Shown piece after piece: positions 1 to 14,168 of a stretch of 64,000 nucleotides of DNA (within the stretch, counting starts at the first letter, position 1; each line of letters starts with the position of its first letter). The translations under genes were made by a program, and so were the position numbers. A model generated the notes under the pieces. It searched no databases. It was given only the letters and a program-made list of their open reading frames with translations, and had not been told where the DNA came from. Source of the stretch: Malacoraja senta (lineage: Eukaryota); NCBI GenBank assembly GCA_038087875.1, contig CM075996.1, positions 2,792,001 to 2,856,000 on the forward strand, given 5' to 3'.

Positions 1-454
1 CCCACTGAGTCCACACTGACCACCCCTTCACACTGGTTCTATATTCCCCAAACTTTCTCATCCACTCTACATGCTAGGGGACATATTTTACAGAGGGCAA
101 TTAACCTCACAAACCCGCACGTCTTTGGAGTGTGGGAGGAAAGAGGAGCACCTGGAGGAAACCCACCTGGTCACAGGGAGAACATGCAAACTCCACACAC
201 AGACAGACAGCACCCGAAGTCGGGATGGAACCCGGGTCTCCAGCGCTGCGAGGCAGCAACTCGTTCAACTGCGCTTGATGGCAGGTACCGCCCACCTCAG
301 ACAGGTGACCCGTTGACTTGTCTAACACATTTCATTGTACCGTTGACCCTGTGTTAACCCACATACGCTGAGCCGCCCTCCCGCAAACGCGCGTTGGGGA
401 AACGTGGTCTAGTGACAAATAAAACGGAACTGAACTGAGGGACACAAAACCTTT

Positions 455-866
455 GCAGGAGGATGAGGGGTGATCTTATAGAGGGGTATAAAATCAAGAG
501 AGGAATAGATCGGGGAGACGCACAGAGTCTCTTGCCCAGAGTAGGGGAATTGAGGACCAGAGGACATATTGTAGGATCAAGGTGAAGGGGAAAAGATTTA
601 ATAGGAATCTGAGGGGTAACATTTTCACACAGAGGGTGGTGGGTGTATGGAACGAGCTGCCAGAGCTGCCAGAGGAGGTAGTTGAGGCTGGGACTATCCC
701 AACGTTTAAGAAACAGTTAGACAGGTACATGGATAGGACAGGTTTTGGAGGGATATGGACCAAACATGGGCAAGTGGGACCAGCGTAGCTGGGACAGGTT
801 GGCTGGTGTGGGCAAGATGGGCCGAATGGCCTGTTTCCACACTGTATCACTCTGTGAGTCTATGAC
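455..866 (+). mobile_element. CR1-clade LINE 3' fragment
   Basis: Encodes [48 protein letters not shown], a CR1 ORF2 C-terminus; ends in GGGCCGAATGGCCTGTTTCC tail. Confidence 0.85.
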
Positions 867-1379
867 CCATTCCGGGTGCGTTCTCACCAGCGTACGACAA
901 AATTGTGGTAAGGTCTTTATTTTTGCACAAATCCAATCATAGTTAACATAACATCCGCTTCCCAAAGTGTTCCTTGCTGGCAACAGCCTCAGGGAAAAAT
1001 GGGGATTATAAATTCATTTGTTCACGGGGTATATTTATTCCCAAGACATAGGAACAGAATTAGGCCATTCGGCCCATCGAGTCTACTCCGCTATTCAATC
1101 ATGGCCGATCTATCTCTCCCTCCTAACCCCATTCTCCTGCCTTCTCCCCATAACCTCCGACACCCGTACTAATCAAGAATCTATCTATATCTGCCTTAGA
1201 TATATCCATTGACTTGGCCTCCACAGCATTCTGTGGCAATGAATTCCATAGATTCACCACCCTCTGAGTAAAGAAATTCCTCCTCATCTCCTTCCTAAAG
1301 GAACGTCCGTTAATTCTGAGGCTGTGGTCTCTAGCCCTAGACTCTCCCACCAGTGGAAACAACCTCTCCACGCCCACTT

Positions 1380-1561
1380 GTGTAGGAAGGAACTGCAGAT
1401 GCTGGTTTAAACCGGAGATAGACTGGAGTAACTCAGCGGGTCAGACAGCATCTCTGGAGAAAAGGGACAGTTGACGTTTCGGGTCAAGACCCTGAAAGTC
1501 ACCTAATCTTTTTCTCCAGAGATGCTGTCCGAACCGCTGAGTTACTCCAGCTTTTTGTGTC
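1380..1561. mobile_element. Fold-back (palindromic) copy of Penelope-like 3' repeat
   Basis: CTGGAGTAACTCAGCGGGTCAGACAGCATCTCTGGAGAAAA mirrored by TTTTCTCCAGAGATGCTGTCCGAACCGCTGAGTTACTCCAG. Confidence 0.7.
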
Positions 1562-1648
1562 CCTCTCTCCACATCCACTCTATCCAGGAACATTTACAGA
1601 TCGGAGCTTAACTGTTGCACGCAGAATAAAAAGGTAAAGGCAGCCTAC

Positions 1649-1669
1649 CGTACGGACCATACGCCAGCA
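1649..1669 (-). CDS. TMEM184B: TMEM184B 21-nt microexon, (V)LAYGPY(G)
   Basis: Minus strand: polypyrimidine tract..GGGATAG|TGCTGGCGTATGGTCCGTACG|GTAGGC; phase 1/1, frame-preserving; resembles the recalled VPTYGPY isoform insert. Confidence 0.8.
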
Positions 1670-1958
1670 CTATCCCGGGTGAAAGATTGGCAGAAGCAAG
1701 AGGCAGACAGAGAAAGACAAAGTGAGAGAGGGTGAGAGAAAGGTACCCTGCCCCCTACAAAAATCACCCCCGTACATCAGGACACAAGAACCACCCTGCG
1801 GCATTCCGGTTTCCCTCCCATCTCAAAGAGAGGAATTGCCGAGGAATCTTGCCTCAAGGAGGAGGAAGGAACTGCAGATGCTGGTTGACACCGAAGATAA
1901 GACACAGAATGCTGGAGTAACTCAGCGGGACAGGCAGCATCTCTGGAGAGAAGGAATG

Positions 1959-2251
1959 GGTGACGTTTCGGGTCGGGACCTTTCTTCAGACTAAACATTG
2001 ATAAGTGACGATTTGGATCGGGCTCCTTCTTAAAATTAGACATTGATAGGTGACACTGGAGATCAGAATCCGTCTTCAGACTGGACATGGACAGGTGACG
2101 TTTCAGGTCTGGACCCTTCTTAAGATTAGACGTGGATAGTTGACATTTTGGGCCAGTATCTATCTTCAAAAGGGATATTAATAGGTGATGTTTCAGGTCG
2201 GGACCCGTCTTCAGATAGGTGACATTTCAGGTCGAGAAGCTTCTTTAGACT
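1959..2251 (-). repeat. Tandem array of about 7 degenerate 45-bp hammerhead-like units
   Basis: TGAC/TGAT anchor at 1961, 2006, 2051, 2096, 2141, 2186 (period 45) and at 2220. Confidence 0.85.
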
Positions 2252-2565
2252 TTGACATCTCATTTACGGTGATCACACGTCCTTGACAGACACTTGTAAA
2301 AACCCAAACTCCTTTCCCTGGCACCTCCACAGCCAAGTTTGAGCCCCACATCCTCTGCACTCACCCTCCTTCCCCAACGAGGGGGGGGGCAAGGAGTTGA
2401 CGAGACAAGCTTCTCAGACGTCCCACTGGCAAAGAGGACCCGATGTGGGGGGGTGGGGGGGTCGCCGTGAGGGGCGGGGGGTGGGGAAGAACAAAGGAGG
2501 CCCCCGTGCGGGATAAGCTGTAACACTGTCCACGCCCTTTACGTAGCGACTCTTTGCATACCTTA

Positions 2566-3066
<501 letters not shown>

Positions 3067-4313
3067 TCAGTACCCCGTTCCTGCTTTCTCCCTATATCCC
3101 TTGATTCTGTTAGCCCTAAGAGTTATATTCAACTCTCTCTTGAAAACATCCAGTGAATTAGCCTCCACTGCCTTCTGTGGCGAATTCCGCAGATTCACAA
3201 CTCTCTGGGTGAAGAAGTTTTTCCTCATCTCAGTCCTAAATGGCCGACCCCTAAAGACTCCAAAGATGCACAGATGTGCAGGTATTAATGTAAAAATGAT
3301 CCTAGTGCAGGACGGTGTTAACGTGCGGGGATCGCTGGTCGGTGCGGGCTCGGTGGGCCGAAGGGTCTGTTTCCGCACTGCATCTCTAAACTAGAGGTTT
3401 ACGGTGCGAGGGGAATGGTTTTAATAGGAACCCGAGGGGCATCTCTTTCACTCAAGAGGGTCAGGGGTTTATGGAATGAGCTGCCAGAGGAGGTAGTTGA
3501 GGCAGGTATGTGGAGGCTGTACGTTCTCCCTGTGACCGCGTGGGTTTCCTCCGGGTGCTCTGGTTTCCTCCCACATCCCAAAGACTGACCCTCTGTAAAT
3601 TGCCCTCGAGTGAGTAGAGAGTGGATGAGAAACCGGGATACCATAGAATTAATGTGAATGGGTGATCGCTGGTCGGCTTGGACTCAGTGGACCAAGGGCC
3701 TGTTTCCATGCTGTATCTCTGAACTAAACAACATTTGAAAGACACTCGGACAGCTGCATGGATAGGAAAGGTTCAGACAGATGGGGCATCTTGTAAAAGT
3801 CAGCATTCATTAGTTCGGGGGTCAGAGGTTGCTCGAAGGTCAGTGCTGGCTCTAAGGGCCGAATGGCTTCCTCCTGCACCTATTTTCTATGTTATGGGGA
3901 GAAGGCAGGAGAATGGGGTTAGAAAGGAGAGATAGATCAGCCATGATTGAATGGCGGAGTAGACCTGATGGCCGAAGGGGCTAATTCTGCTCCTATCACT
4001 TATGGGCAAGTTGGGCCGAAGGGCCTGTTCATACGCAGCTTGACTCTACAAGGTAGATGGACAGGAAAGATTTAGAGGGACATGGATCAAACGCAACTAA
4101 TGGGTGTATGTGCACCTTGGTCAGCATGGGCAAGTGGGGCCGAAGGGCCAGATTCTATGACTCAACCATCAAGAAAAAGTTCCAAAAATGAGACGTTCAT
4201 TAAATGGAGGCCTGGGCCTGTGCTCATACAGCAGTCCAACAGCAGAGGGCACTCTAGAGCTCTGGCCCAACACAGTGAATCCCACAGGCCACTTAAACCA
4301 CAATGCTTACTTT

Positions 4314-4627
4314 AGACTTTAGAGATACAGCGCGGAAACAGGCCCTTCGGCCCACCGGGTCCGCGCCGACCAGCCATCCCCGCACATTAACACTATCCTA
4401 CACCCACTAGGGATAATCTTTTTTACATTTACCAAGCCAATTAACCTGCAAACCTGTACGTCTTTGGAGTGTGGGAGGAAACCGGAGCACCCGGAGAAAA
4501 CCCACCAGGTCACGGGGAGAACGTACAAACTCCGCGCAGACAGCACCCGTAGCTGGGATCGAACCCGGGTCACTGGTGCTTCAGAGACGTAAGGTGGCAA
4601 CTCTACCGCTGCGTCACCGTGCCACCC
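4314..4627 (-). mobile_element. tRNA-derived V-SINE (HE1-like), near full length
   Basis: Pol III A/B-box head, V-domain and CR1-type tail in reverse orientation. Confidence 0.85.
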
Positions 4628-4673
4628 TGGTTCTATCGGACACGTGACAATAAACTGAACTGACTGGAACGGA

Positions 4674-5531
<858 letters not shown>

Positions 5532-6600
5532 TTACCATAGACAATGGACAATAGATGCAGGAGTAGGCCATTCGGCCCTTCGAGCCAGCACCGCCATTCA
5601 ATATGATCATGGCTGATCATCCCCAATCAGTACCCCGTTCCTGCCTTCTCCCCATATCCCCTGACTCTGCTATTTTTAAGAGCCCTATCTAGCTCTCTCT
5701 TGAAAGCATCCAGAATTCCTGATTGGGGACGATCAGCCATGATCACAATGAATGGCGGTGCTGGCTCGAAGGGCTGAATGGCCTCCACTGCCCTCTGAGG
5801 CAGAGAATTCCACAGACGACATAGGATACGATCACATAAGATACGATCAAACTTTATTCATCCCCAGAGGGACATTGGTCTGCCGACAGTCACAACGCAC
5901 AAGTTACACAAAACCAACTTGAAATTAAAAATTAAATTAAAAGTGAGAAGAAAAACAAAAGAAAGAGACAAGAGTCAGGGGATATGGGGAGAAGGCAGGA
6001 ACGGGGGTACCGATTGTGGATGATCAGCCGTGATCACATTGAATGGCAGTGCTGGCTCGAAGGTACTGAATGGCCTACTCCTGCACCTATTGTCTATTGT
6101 CTGGCTGCCGTGTATACAGCGTTCACACCGGAAGGAACGAATGAACAAACAAACAAACGAAAGCAGGCTTATCCCCCTGGGCAGAGGACTCTAAAACCAG
6201 GGTGTCCTTCCCCCCCACTGATTCACCACTCTCTGACTAAAGAAAATCCTCGTCATCTCCTTCCTAAAGGAACGTCCTTTAATTCTGAGTCTGTGCCCTC
6301 TGGTCCTTGACTCTCCCACTAGTGGAAACATCCTCTCCACATCCACCCTTTACCATTCGGTAAGTTTCAATGAGGTCCCCCCTCAACCTTCGTAACTCCA
6401 GCGAGTACAGGCCCAGTGCCGACAAACACTTGTCATATGTTAACCCGCTCATTCCTGAAAAGGGGGGGAAGGAGGGAAGATCCTTGTGGGACCGTGACAC
6501 ACTTCGAGAGGTTCAGAATCTTTGGGTGAGTGAGGAGAGCCGCGATGAGACAGGGTGGGGGTGGGGAGGGGGGAAAGAGGGGAAGGTTGGAGGTTCCTCA

Positions 6601-6765
<165 letters not shown>

Positions 6766-6910
6766 TTAAATCACAGATAGACACAAAACGCTGGAGTAAC
6801 TCAGCGGGTCAGGCAGCATCTCTGGAGAGAAGGAGTAGGTGACGTTTTGGGTCGAGACCCTTAGAATTAAATCACACAGCCCCCCAAGATGGTCTTCAAC
6901 CAGACTCTGA

Positions 6911-7208
6911 GGGCGCAGCGGTAGAGTTGCCGCCTCACAGCGCCAGAGTCCCGGGTTCGATCCCGACTACGGGTGCCTGTCTGTACGGAGTTTGTACGTT
7001 CTCCCCGTGACCTGCGTGTGTTTTCTCCGAGATCTTCGGTTTCCTCCCACACTCCAAAGACGTACGGATTTGTAGGTTAATTGGCTTTGGTAAAAATGTA
7101 AAATTGTCCCTAGTGCGTGTAGGATAGTGCGAATGTGTGGGAATCGCAGGTTGGCGCGGACTCCGTGGGCCGAAGGGCCTGTTTCTGCACTGCATCTCTA
7201 AACTAAAC
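6911..7208 (+). mobile_element. V-SINE (HE1-like)
   Basis: GCGCAGCGGTAGAG..GGTTCGATCCC head, V-domain, GGGCCGAAGGGCCTGTTTC..CTAAACTAAAC tail. Confidence 0.85.
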
Positions 7209-7835
7209 GAAGAGACATGACCCTTCATGCCAGCAGATCCTGCCACACACATTACAAAGTAAAAGGGCGGCACAGTGGCACAGAGGCCGAGTTGCTGCCT
7301 TACAGCTCCAGAGATCCCTAATTATGGGTGCTGTCTGTACGGAGTTTGTACGTTCTCCTTGTGCTTGCATTCATTTCCTCCGTGTGCTCCGGTTTCCTTC
7401 CACACTCCAAAGACGTGCTGGTTTGTAAGTTAATTGGTTTCTATATATTGTCCCCAGTGTGTAGAATAGAACTAGTTTACAGGTGACTGTGGTCAGCCCA
7501 CACTCGGTGGGCCGAAGGGCCTGTTTCCACGCTGTATCTCCAAACTAAACAGAAAGTTGTACAAGACGTTGGTGGGGCCACATTTGGAGTTTGGTCACCC
7601 TCCGTTTTGAAATTAAAGAAACATTGTGCTCCAAGGTAGACAAAAATGCTGGAGAAACTCAGTGGGTGAGGCAGCATCTATGGAGCGAAGGAAATAGGCA
7701 ACGTTTTGGGCCGAAACCCTTCTTCAGACTCCAATGTTCCCAACAGTGGCAGGAGTTCCCAAAAGTGCAGAGGGATATGGGCCAAACACGGGAAAATGGA
7801 CCGAAAATGTGGAAGGAAACTTTGGAAGGGGAAGG

Positions 7836-8540
7836 ATAGGGACCCACAATCCCGTTTATGGTGGAAAGGGTCAAAAAGTTCAAATTCCTGGGCGTGCATA
7901 TTTCTGAAGATCTCTCCTGGTCCAGAACACTGATGCAATTTTAAAGAAGGCACATCAGCGCCTCTACTTCCTGAGAAGATTACGGTGAGCCGGTATGTCA
8001 AGGAGGACTCTCTCGAACTTGTACAGGTGCACAGTAGAGAGCATGCTGACTGGCTGCATCGTGGCCTGGTTCAGCAACTTGAACGTCCAGGAGCGGAAAA
8101 GACTGCAGAAAGTTGTGACCACTGTCCAGTCCATCACCGGCTCTATGACCTCCCTACCATCGAAGGGATTTATCGCAGTCGCTGCCTCAAAAAAAGCTGC
8201 CAACATCATCAAAGACCCACACCATCCTGGCCACACACTCATCCCTCCGTTACCATCGGGAAGAAGGTACAGGAGCCTGAAAACTGTAAGGTCCAGGTTC
8301 AGGAACAGCTTCTTCCCTACAGCCATCAGGCTATTAAACACTACATCAAATAAGCTCTGAACAATAACAGTCTATTATTATTGTTGCACTATATCTGTTT
8401 ATTTATTGTGTATATATATATGGTCACGGGACTTTTATCTTCTGTTCTATACTATGATTATATATTCTGTTGTGCTGCAGCAAGCAAGAATGTCATTGTC
8501 CTATCTGGGACACAGGACAATAAAACTCTCTTGACTCTTG
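7836..8540 (+). mobile_element. Rex1/Babar-type LINE 3' fragment, frameshifted
   Basis: [46 protein letters not shown]. Confidence 0.8.
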
Positions 8541-9424
8541 AGCTTAGTGGGGCGTCTTGGTCAGAATGGATGAGTCGGGCCGAAGGGCCTGTTTCCCGCT
8601 GCATGACTCTTTGAGACATGACCAATGTGTGACAGAGTTTAGTTTAGTTAGACAGCGCGGAAACAGCCCGACCGGCCCACCGAGTCTGCCCCGACCAGCG
8701 ATCCCCGCACACTAACACTATCCTTCCTACACACACCAGGGACAATTTTGCACATACACCAAGCCAATTAACCTACATACCTGTACGTCTTGGAGTGTGG
8801 GAGAAAGCGAAGATCTCCGAGAAGACGCACGTGGTCACGGGGAGACCCGTAAACTAGTTCTATCCCACGCACTGGGGACAATTTATAGAAAGCAATTAAC
8901 TTACAAATTAAGATGCTGAAAAATGTGTTCAGCTCTGGCTGAACAATATCGAAGCTTGTGGTGTGGACTCGATAAGAAGAAGATAGGAGAACTCGGTATC
9001 GACAGCACCCGTAGTCGGGATCGAACCTGGGTCAGGCAGCAACTCTACCGCTGTGCCACCGTGACTGCCCAGTTACTAAACTCCAGGTACACCCTCCAAT
9101 TTGCAAAAAAAAATGATCACAGGTTTAAATAGTCCCTAGTGTGTGTGTGTGTGTGTGTGTCTGTAGGAGAGTGTTAGTGTGCGGGGATCGCTGGTCGGTG
9201 CGGACTCGGTGGGACGAAGGGCCTGTTTCCGTGCTGTATCTCCAAAACTAGACTGAACTAAAAAGGTTGGAATGTCGCTCCAAGCTCAGAAGAACAATGA
9301 TGTTTTGTGGCACACAGCTCCTTTCTTTGGAAACATTAATTTGTGCCGATTCGCATAATGAATAAACATACGTATCACCTGGCTGGTAAACACATTAATG
9401 ACCTTTAACTTTAGAACAAGGATG

Positions 9425-10007
<583 letters not shown>

Positions 10008-10149
10008 TCAGGAATAGTACCGGAGAGAGAGAGAGAGCAAACTGTGACATGGACCCAGCCACTCAGACAAACTGCACTCTTGAGAGGTCATAAGTGATAG
10101 GAGCAGAATTAGGCCATTTGACCCATCAAGTCTACTCCACCATTCAATC

Positions 10150-10643
10150 TGGTTTGGGAACTGCTCTGCCCAGGACAAGAAGGCTCTGCAGAGAGTAGTG
10201 CGTTCGGCCCGAACGCACTATGGAACTACACTCGCCCCCCTGCAGGACCTATACACCAGGAGGGGGCAGATCCAGAGCCAGCAAGATCATGGGGGACCTC
10301 TACCACCCCAGCAACGGACTGTTCCAGCTGCTACGGTCAGGCAAACGCCTCCGCTGTCACGCTGTGAAAACAGAGAGGATGAGACGGAGTTTCTTCCCAC
10401 AGGCCGTCAGGACTGTAAACTCCTATCTCACCAGGGACTAACTTTACTGAACCATTCTACTGTTGTGTGGTGTCTTTTTAAAATTGCTGTATTTTCTTTT
10501 TTTCCTCCCACAAATATGTAATATGTGAATATGTGATTCTGTTCCATTCTGTTCTGTAGTTTTTTGCACAATCCGCGAGCATTGCCACTTTTCATGTCAC
10601 CGCACATCTCGTATGTGTATGTGACGAATAAACTTGACTTGAC
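10150..10643 (+). mobile_element. Rex1/Babar-type LINE 3' fragment
   Basis: RASKIMGD.YHPSNGLFQLLRSGKRLR..TERMRRSFFPQAVR; AATAAACTTGACTTGAC tail. Confidence 0.75.
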
Positions 10644-11941
10644 TCATGGCTGATCTATCTCCCCCTCCTAACCCCATTTTCCTGCCTTCTCCCCATAACC
10701 CCCATACTAATCAATAATCTATCTCTCCCTTAAAAATATCCACTAACTTGGCCTCCACAGTCGTCTGTGGCAAAGAATTCCACAGATTCACCACCCACTG
10801 ACTAAAGAAATTCCTCCTCATCTCCTTCCTAAAGGAATGTCCTTTTATTCTGAGGCTATGGCCTCTAGTCCTAGACCCTCCCACTAGTGGAAACATCCTC
10901 TCCACATCCACTCTATGCAAGCCTTTCACTGTTCAGTAAGTTTACCACAGAAGGCTGTGGAGGCCAAGTCAATGGATATATTTATGGCAGAAATAGATAG
11001 ATTCTTGATTAGTACGGGTGTCGGGTTATGGGGAGAAGGCAGGAGAATGGGTTTGGGAGGGAGTGATAGATCAGCCATGATTGAATGGGGAAGTAGACTT
11101 GATGGGCCGAATGGCCTAATTCTGTTCCGAAAACCTATGAACGTGTGACACAAGGTGCTGGAGTAACTCCGCAGGTCAGGCAGCATCCCTGATGAACGTG
11201 GTGAGTTGACGCTTCGAGTCGGGACCCTTCTTCACAGTGCAGTCTGAAGATGGGTCCGACCCAAAACATCACCTCTCCATGTGTAGGAAGGAACTGCAGA
11301 TGCTGGTTTAAACCAAATGTAGACACAAAAAGCTGGAGTAATTCAGCGGGTCAGACAGCATCTCTGGAGGAAAGAAATAGGTGACATTTCGGGTCTGAAG
11401 AAGGGCCTCGACCAGAATTGTCACCTATTCCTTTCCTCCAGAGATGCCGTCTGACCCGCTGAGTTACTCCAGCTTTTTGTATCTACATGACTTCTCCATG
11501 TGTAAGAAAGAACTGCAGATGCTGGTTTAAATCAAAGGTAGACACAAAATGCTGGAGTAACTAGGGGCCACAGTTTAAGAACCAGGGGCCACAGTTTAAG
11601 AATAAGGAGTAAGCCATTTAGAACGGAGACGAGGAAACACATTTTCTCACAGAGAGTGGTGAGTCTGTGGAATTCTCTGCCTCAGAGGGCGGTGGAGGCA
11701 GGTTCTCTGGATGCTTTCAAGAGAGCTAGATAGGGCTCTTAAAGATAGCGGAGTCAGGGGATATGGGGAGAAGGCAGGAACGGGGTACTGATTGGGGATG
11801 ATCAGCCATGATCACACGGTGCTGGCTCGAAGGGCCGAATGGCCTACTCCTGCACCTATTGTCTATTATCTAAATCAAAGGCAGACACAAAATGCTGGAG
11901 TAACTCAGCGGGTGAGGCAGCATCTCAGGGGAGAAGGAATG

Positions 11942-11975
11942 GGCGACGTTTCGGGTCTAGACCCTTCTTCAGACC
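11942..11975 (-). ncRNA. Putative minimal hammerhead motif (PLE-type)
   Basis: GGT-CTGAAGA-A-GGGTC-TA-GACCC-GAAAC-GTC-GCC; core intact, 3-bp stem I possible. Confidence 0.6.
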
Positions 11976-12105
11976 TATCTGTGTTCTCCACGGATGCGGC
12001 TGGCCTGACCCGCTCAGTTACTCCAGCACTCTGTGTCTTTTGTTTGTTACCCAGCACCGGCAGATCGTGGTTTCAACAAGAACACTAGGCTTGCCGATCG
12101 ACTCA

Positions 12106-12246
<141 letters not shown>

Positions 12247-12619
12247 TCAATCACCAGCATCATGAACGGATTAGAGGGTTTCAGCTACAGGGGGAGGTTG
12301 GATGGGGCAGCAGCGGTAGAGTTGCTGCCTCACAGCACCAGAGACCCAGGTTCCATCCTGACTACGGCTGCTATCTGTGCGGAGTTTGTACCTTCTCCCC
12401 GTGACCTGCGTGGGTTTTCTCCGGGCGCTCCGGTTTCCTCCCACACTCCAAAGGCGTACAGGTTTGTAGGTTAATTGGCTTGGGTTTGTATACTTGGGAC
12501 AAGTGTGAATAGTTCCTTGTGTGTGTAGGATAGTGTTTAGAGTGCGGGGATCGCTTGTTGGTGCGGAGTCGATGGGCTGAAGGGCCTGGTTCCGTGCTGT
12601 ATCTCTAAACTAAAGTCTT

Positions 12620-13180
12620 AGTGAGACCACGCCTGGAGTATTGTGTGCAGTTTTGGTCCCCTAATTTGAGGAAGGACATTCTTGCTATTGAGGGAGTGCA
12701 GCGTAGGTTTACAAGGTTAATTCCCGGGATGGCGGGATTGTCATATGCTGAGAGAATGGAGCACCTGGGCTTGTACACTCTGGAGTTTAGAAGGATGAGG
12801 GGGATCTCATTGAAACATATAAGGTTGTTAAGGGTTTGGATACGCTAGAGGCAGGAAACATGTTCCCGATGTTGGGGGGAGTCCAGAACCAGGGGCCACA
12901 GTTTAAGAATAAGGAGTAAGCCATTTAGAACGGAGACGAGGAAACACTTTTTCTCACAGAGAGTGGTGAGTCTGTGGAATTCTCTACCTCAGAGGGCGGT
13001 GGAGGCAGGTTCTCTGGATGTTTTCAAGAGAGAGCTAGATAGGGCTCTTAAAAATAGCGGAGTCAGGGGATATGGGGAGAAGGCAGGAACGGGGTACTGA
13101 TTGGGGATGATCAGCCATGATCACATGGAATGGCGGTGCTGGCTCGAAGGGCCGAATGGCCTACTCCTGCACCTATTGTC
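12620..13180 (+). mobile_element. CR1-clade LINE 3' fragment
   Basis: VRPRLEYCVQFWSPNLRKDILAIEGVQRRFTRLIPG..; near-identical relatives at about 11583-11870 and 14471-14818. Confidence 0.88.
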
Positions 13181-13861
13181 AACCAAAAAGTTGCTGAATA
13201 TGTCAGAAAAGACACAGGGAGTGAACCGTCTAACACAGCGTACAGGAGGATACAAGGTCAAGGTCCAGACCCATTTCATCCCAGGATGAATAATCCTGCA
13301 TCAGTGGCGCAGCGGTAGAGTTGCTGCCCTACAGCGCCAGAGACACAGGTTCGATCCTGACCTCGGGTGCTGCCCGTGTGGAGTTTGCACGTTCTCCCCC
13401 CGACAGCGTGTTGTTTTCTCTGATTTCCTCCCATCGATTAATTGGCTCTGCGCAGGCAGCACCCGTAGTCAGGGTGGAACCCGGGTCTCTGGCGCTGTGA
13501 GGCAGCAGCTCTACCCGCTGCGCCACCGTGCCTCCCCTATCCAACCTCTCCCTGTCGCTGACATTTCTACCCTGCAGGAAAAAGATTCTGACTGTCTCCC
13601 CTGTCTGTGTCTCTTTTCCAAAAGGGAAATGATCCCCCCTCTCTCTCTCCAAGCCCCAACGTAGATTAAAAAAAAAAAAAAATTCGGAGGAGGAGAAGGG
13701 GTGGGAAACAGGCGGAGAAAAATAAACAGAAGCATTCCATTTTCTGGATGAGCCGAGTTTCTAACTCCAGCTTTATTTTTCCTACGAGCTGGAATACAAC
13801 GGCCAAAAATAACATTGGCTTTCTGCTGGATAAGCAACAGGCTGGAGACCTGTGAGGAATA

Positions 13862-14168
13862 GGGCGGCACGGTGGCGCAGCGGTAGAGTTGCTGCCTTAC
13901 AGCGCCAGAGACCCGGGTTCGATCCCGACTACGGGCGCTTGTCTGTACGGAGTTTGTACCTTCTCCCCGTGACCTGCGTGGGTTTTCTCCGAGATCTTTG
14001 GTTCCCTCCCACACTCCAAAGACGTGCAGGATGGTAGGTTAATTGGCTTGGTGTATGTGTAAATTGTCCCTGGTGTGTGTAGGATAGTGTTAGTGTGCGG
14101 GGATCGCTGTTCGGTGTGGACTCGGTGGGCCGAAGGGCCTGTTTCCATGCTGAATCACTAAAGTAAAC
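13862..14168 (+). mobile_element. Full-length V-SINE (HE1-like)
   Basis: A box TGGCGCAGCGG, B box GGTTCGATCCC, V-domain, tail shared with CR1 copies; many further copies in the window. Confidence 0.9.

Noticed and set aside
1959..2251. CRISPR-like periodic array
   Set aside because: The whole 45-bp unit repeats with no unique spacers; it is in a vertebrate intron with no cas genes.
13862..13935. tRNA gene
   Set aside because: The A/B boxes are the head of a SINE and run straight into the V-domain and LINE tail; there are many decayed copies.
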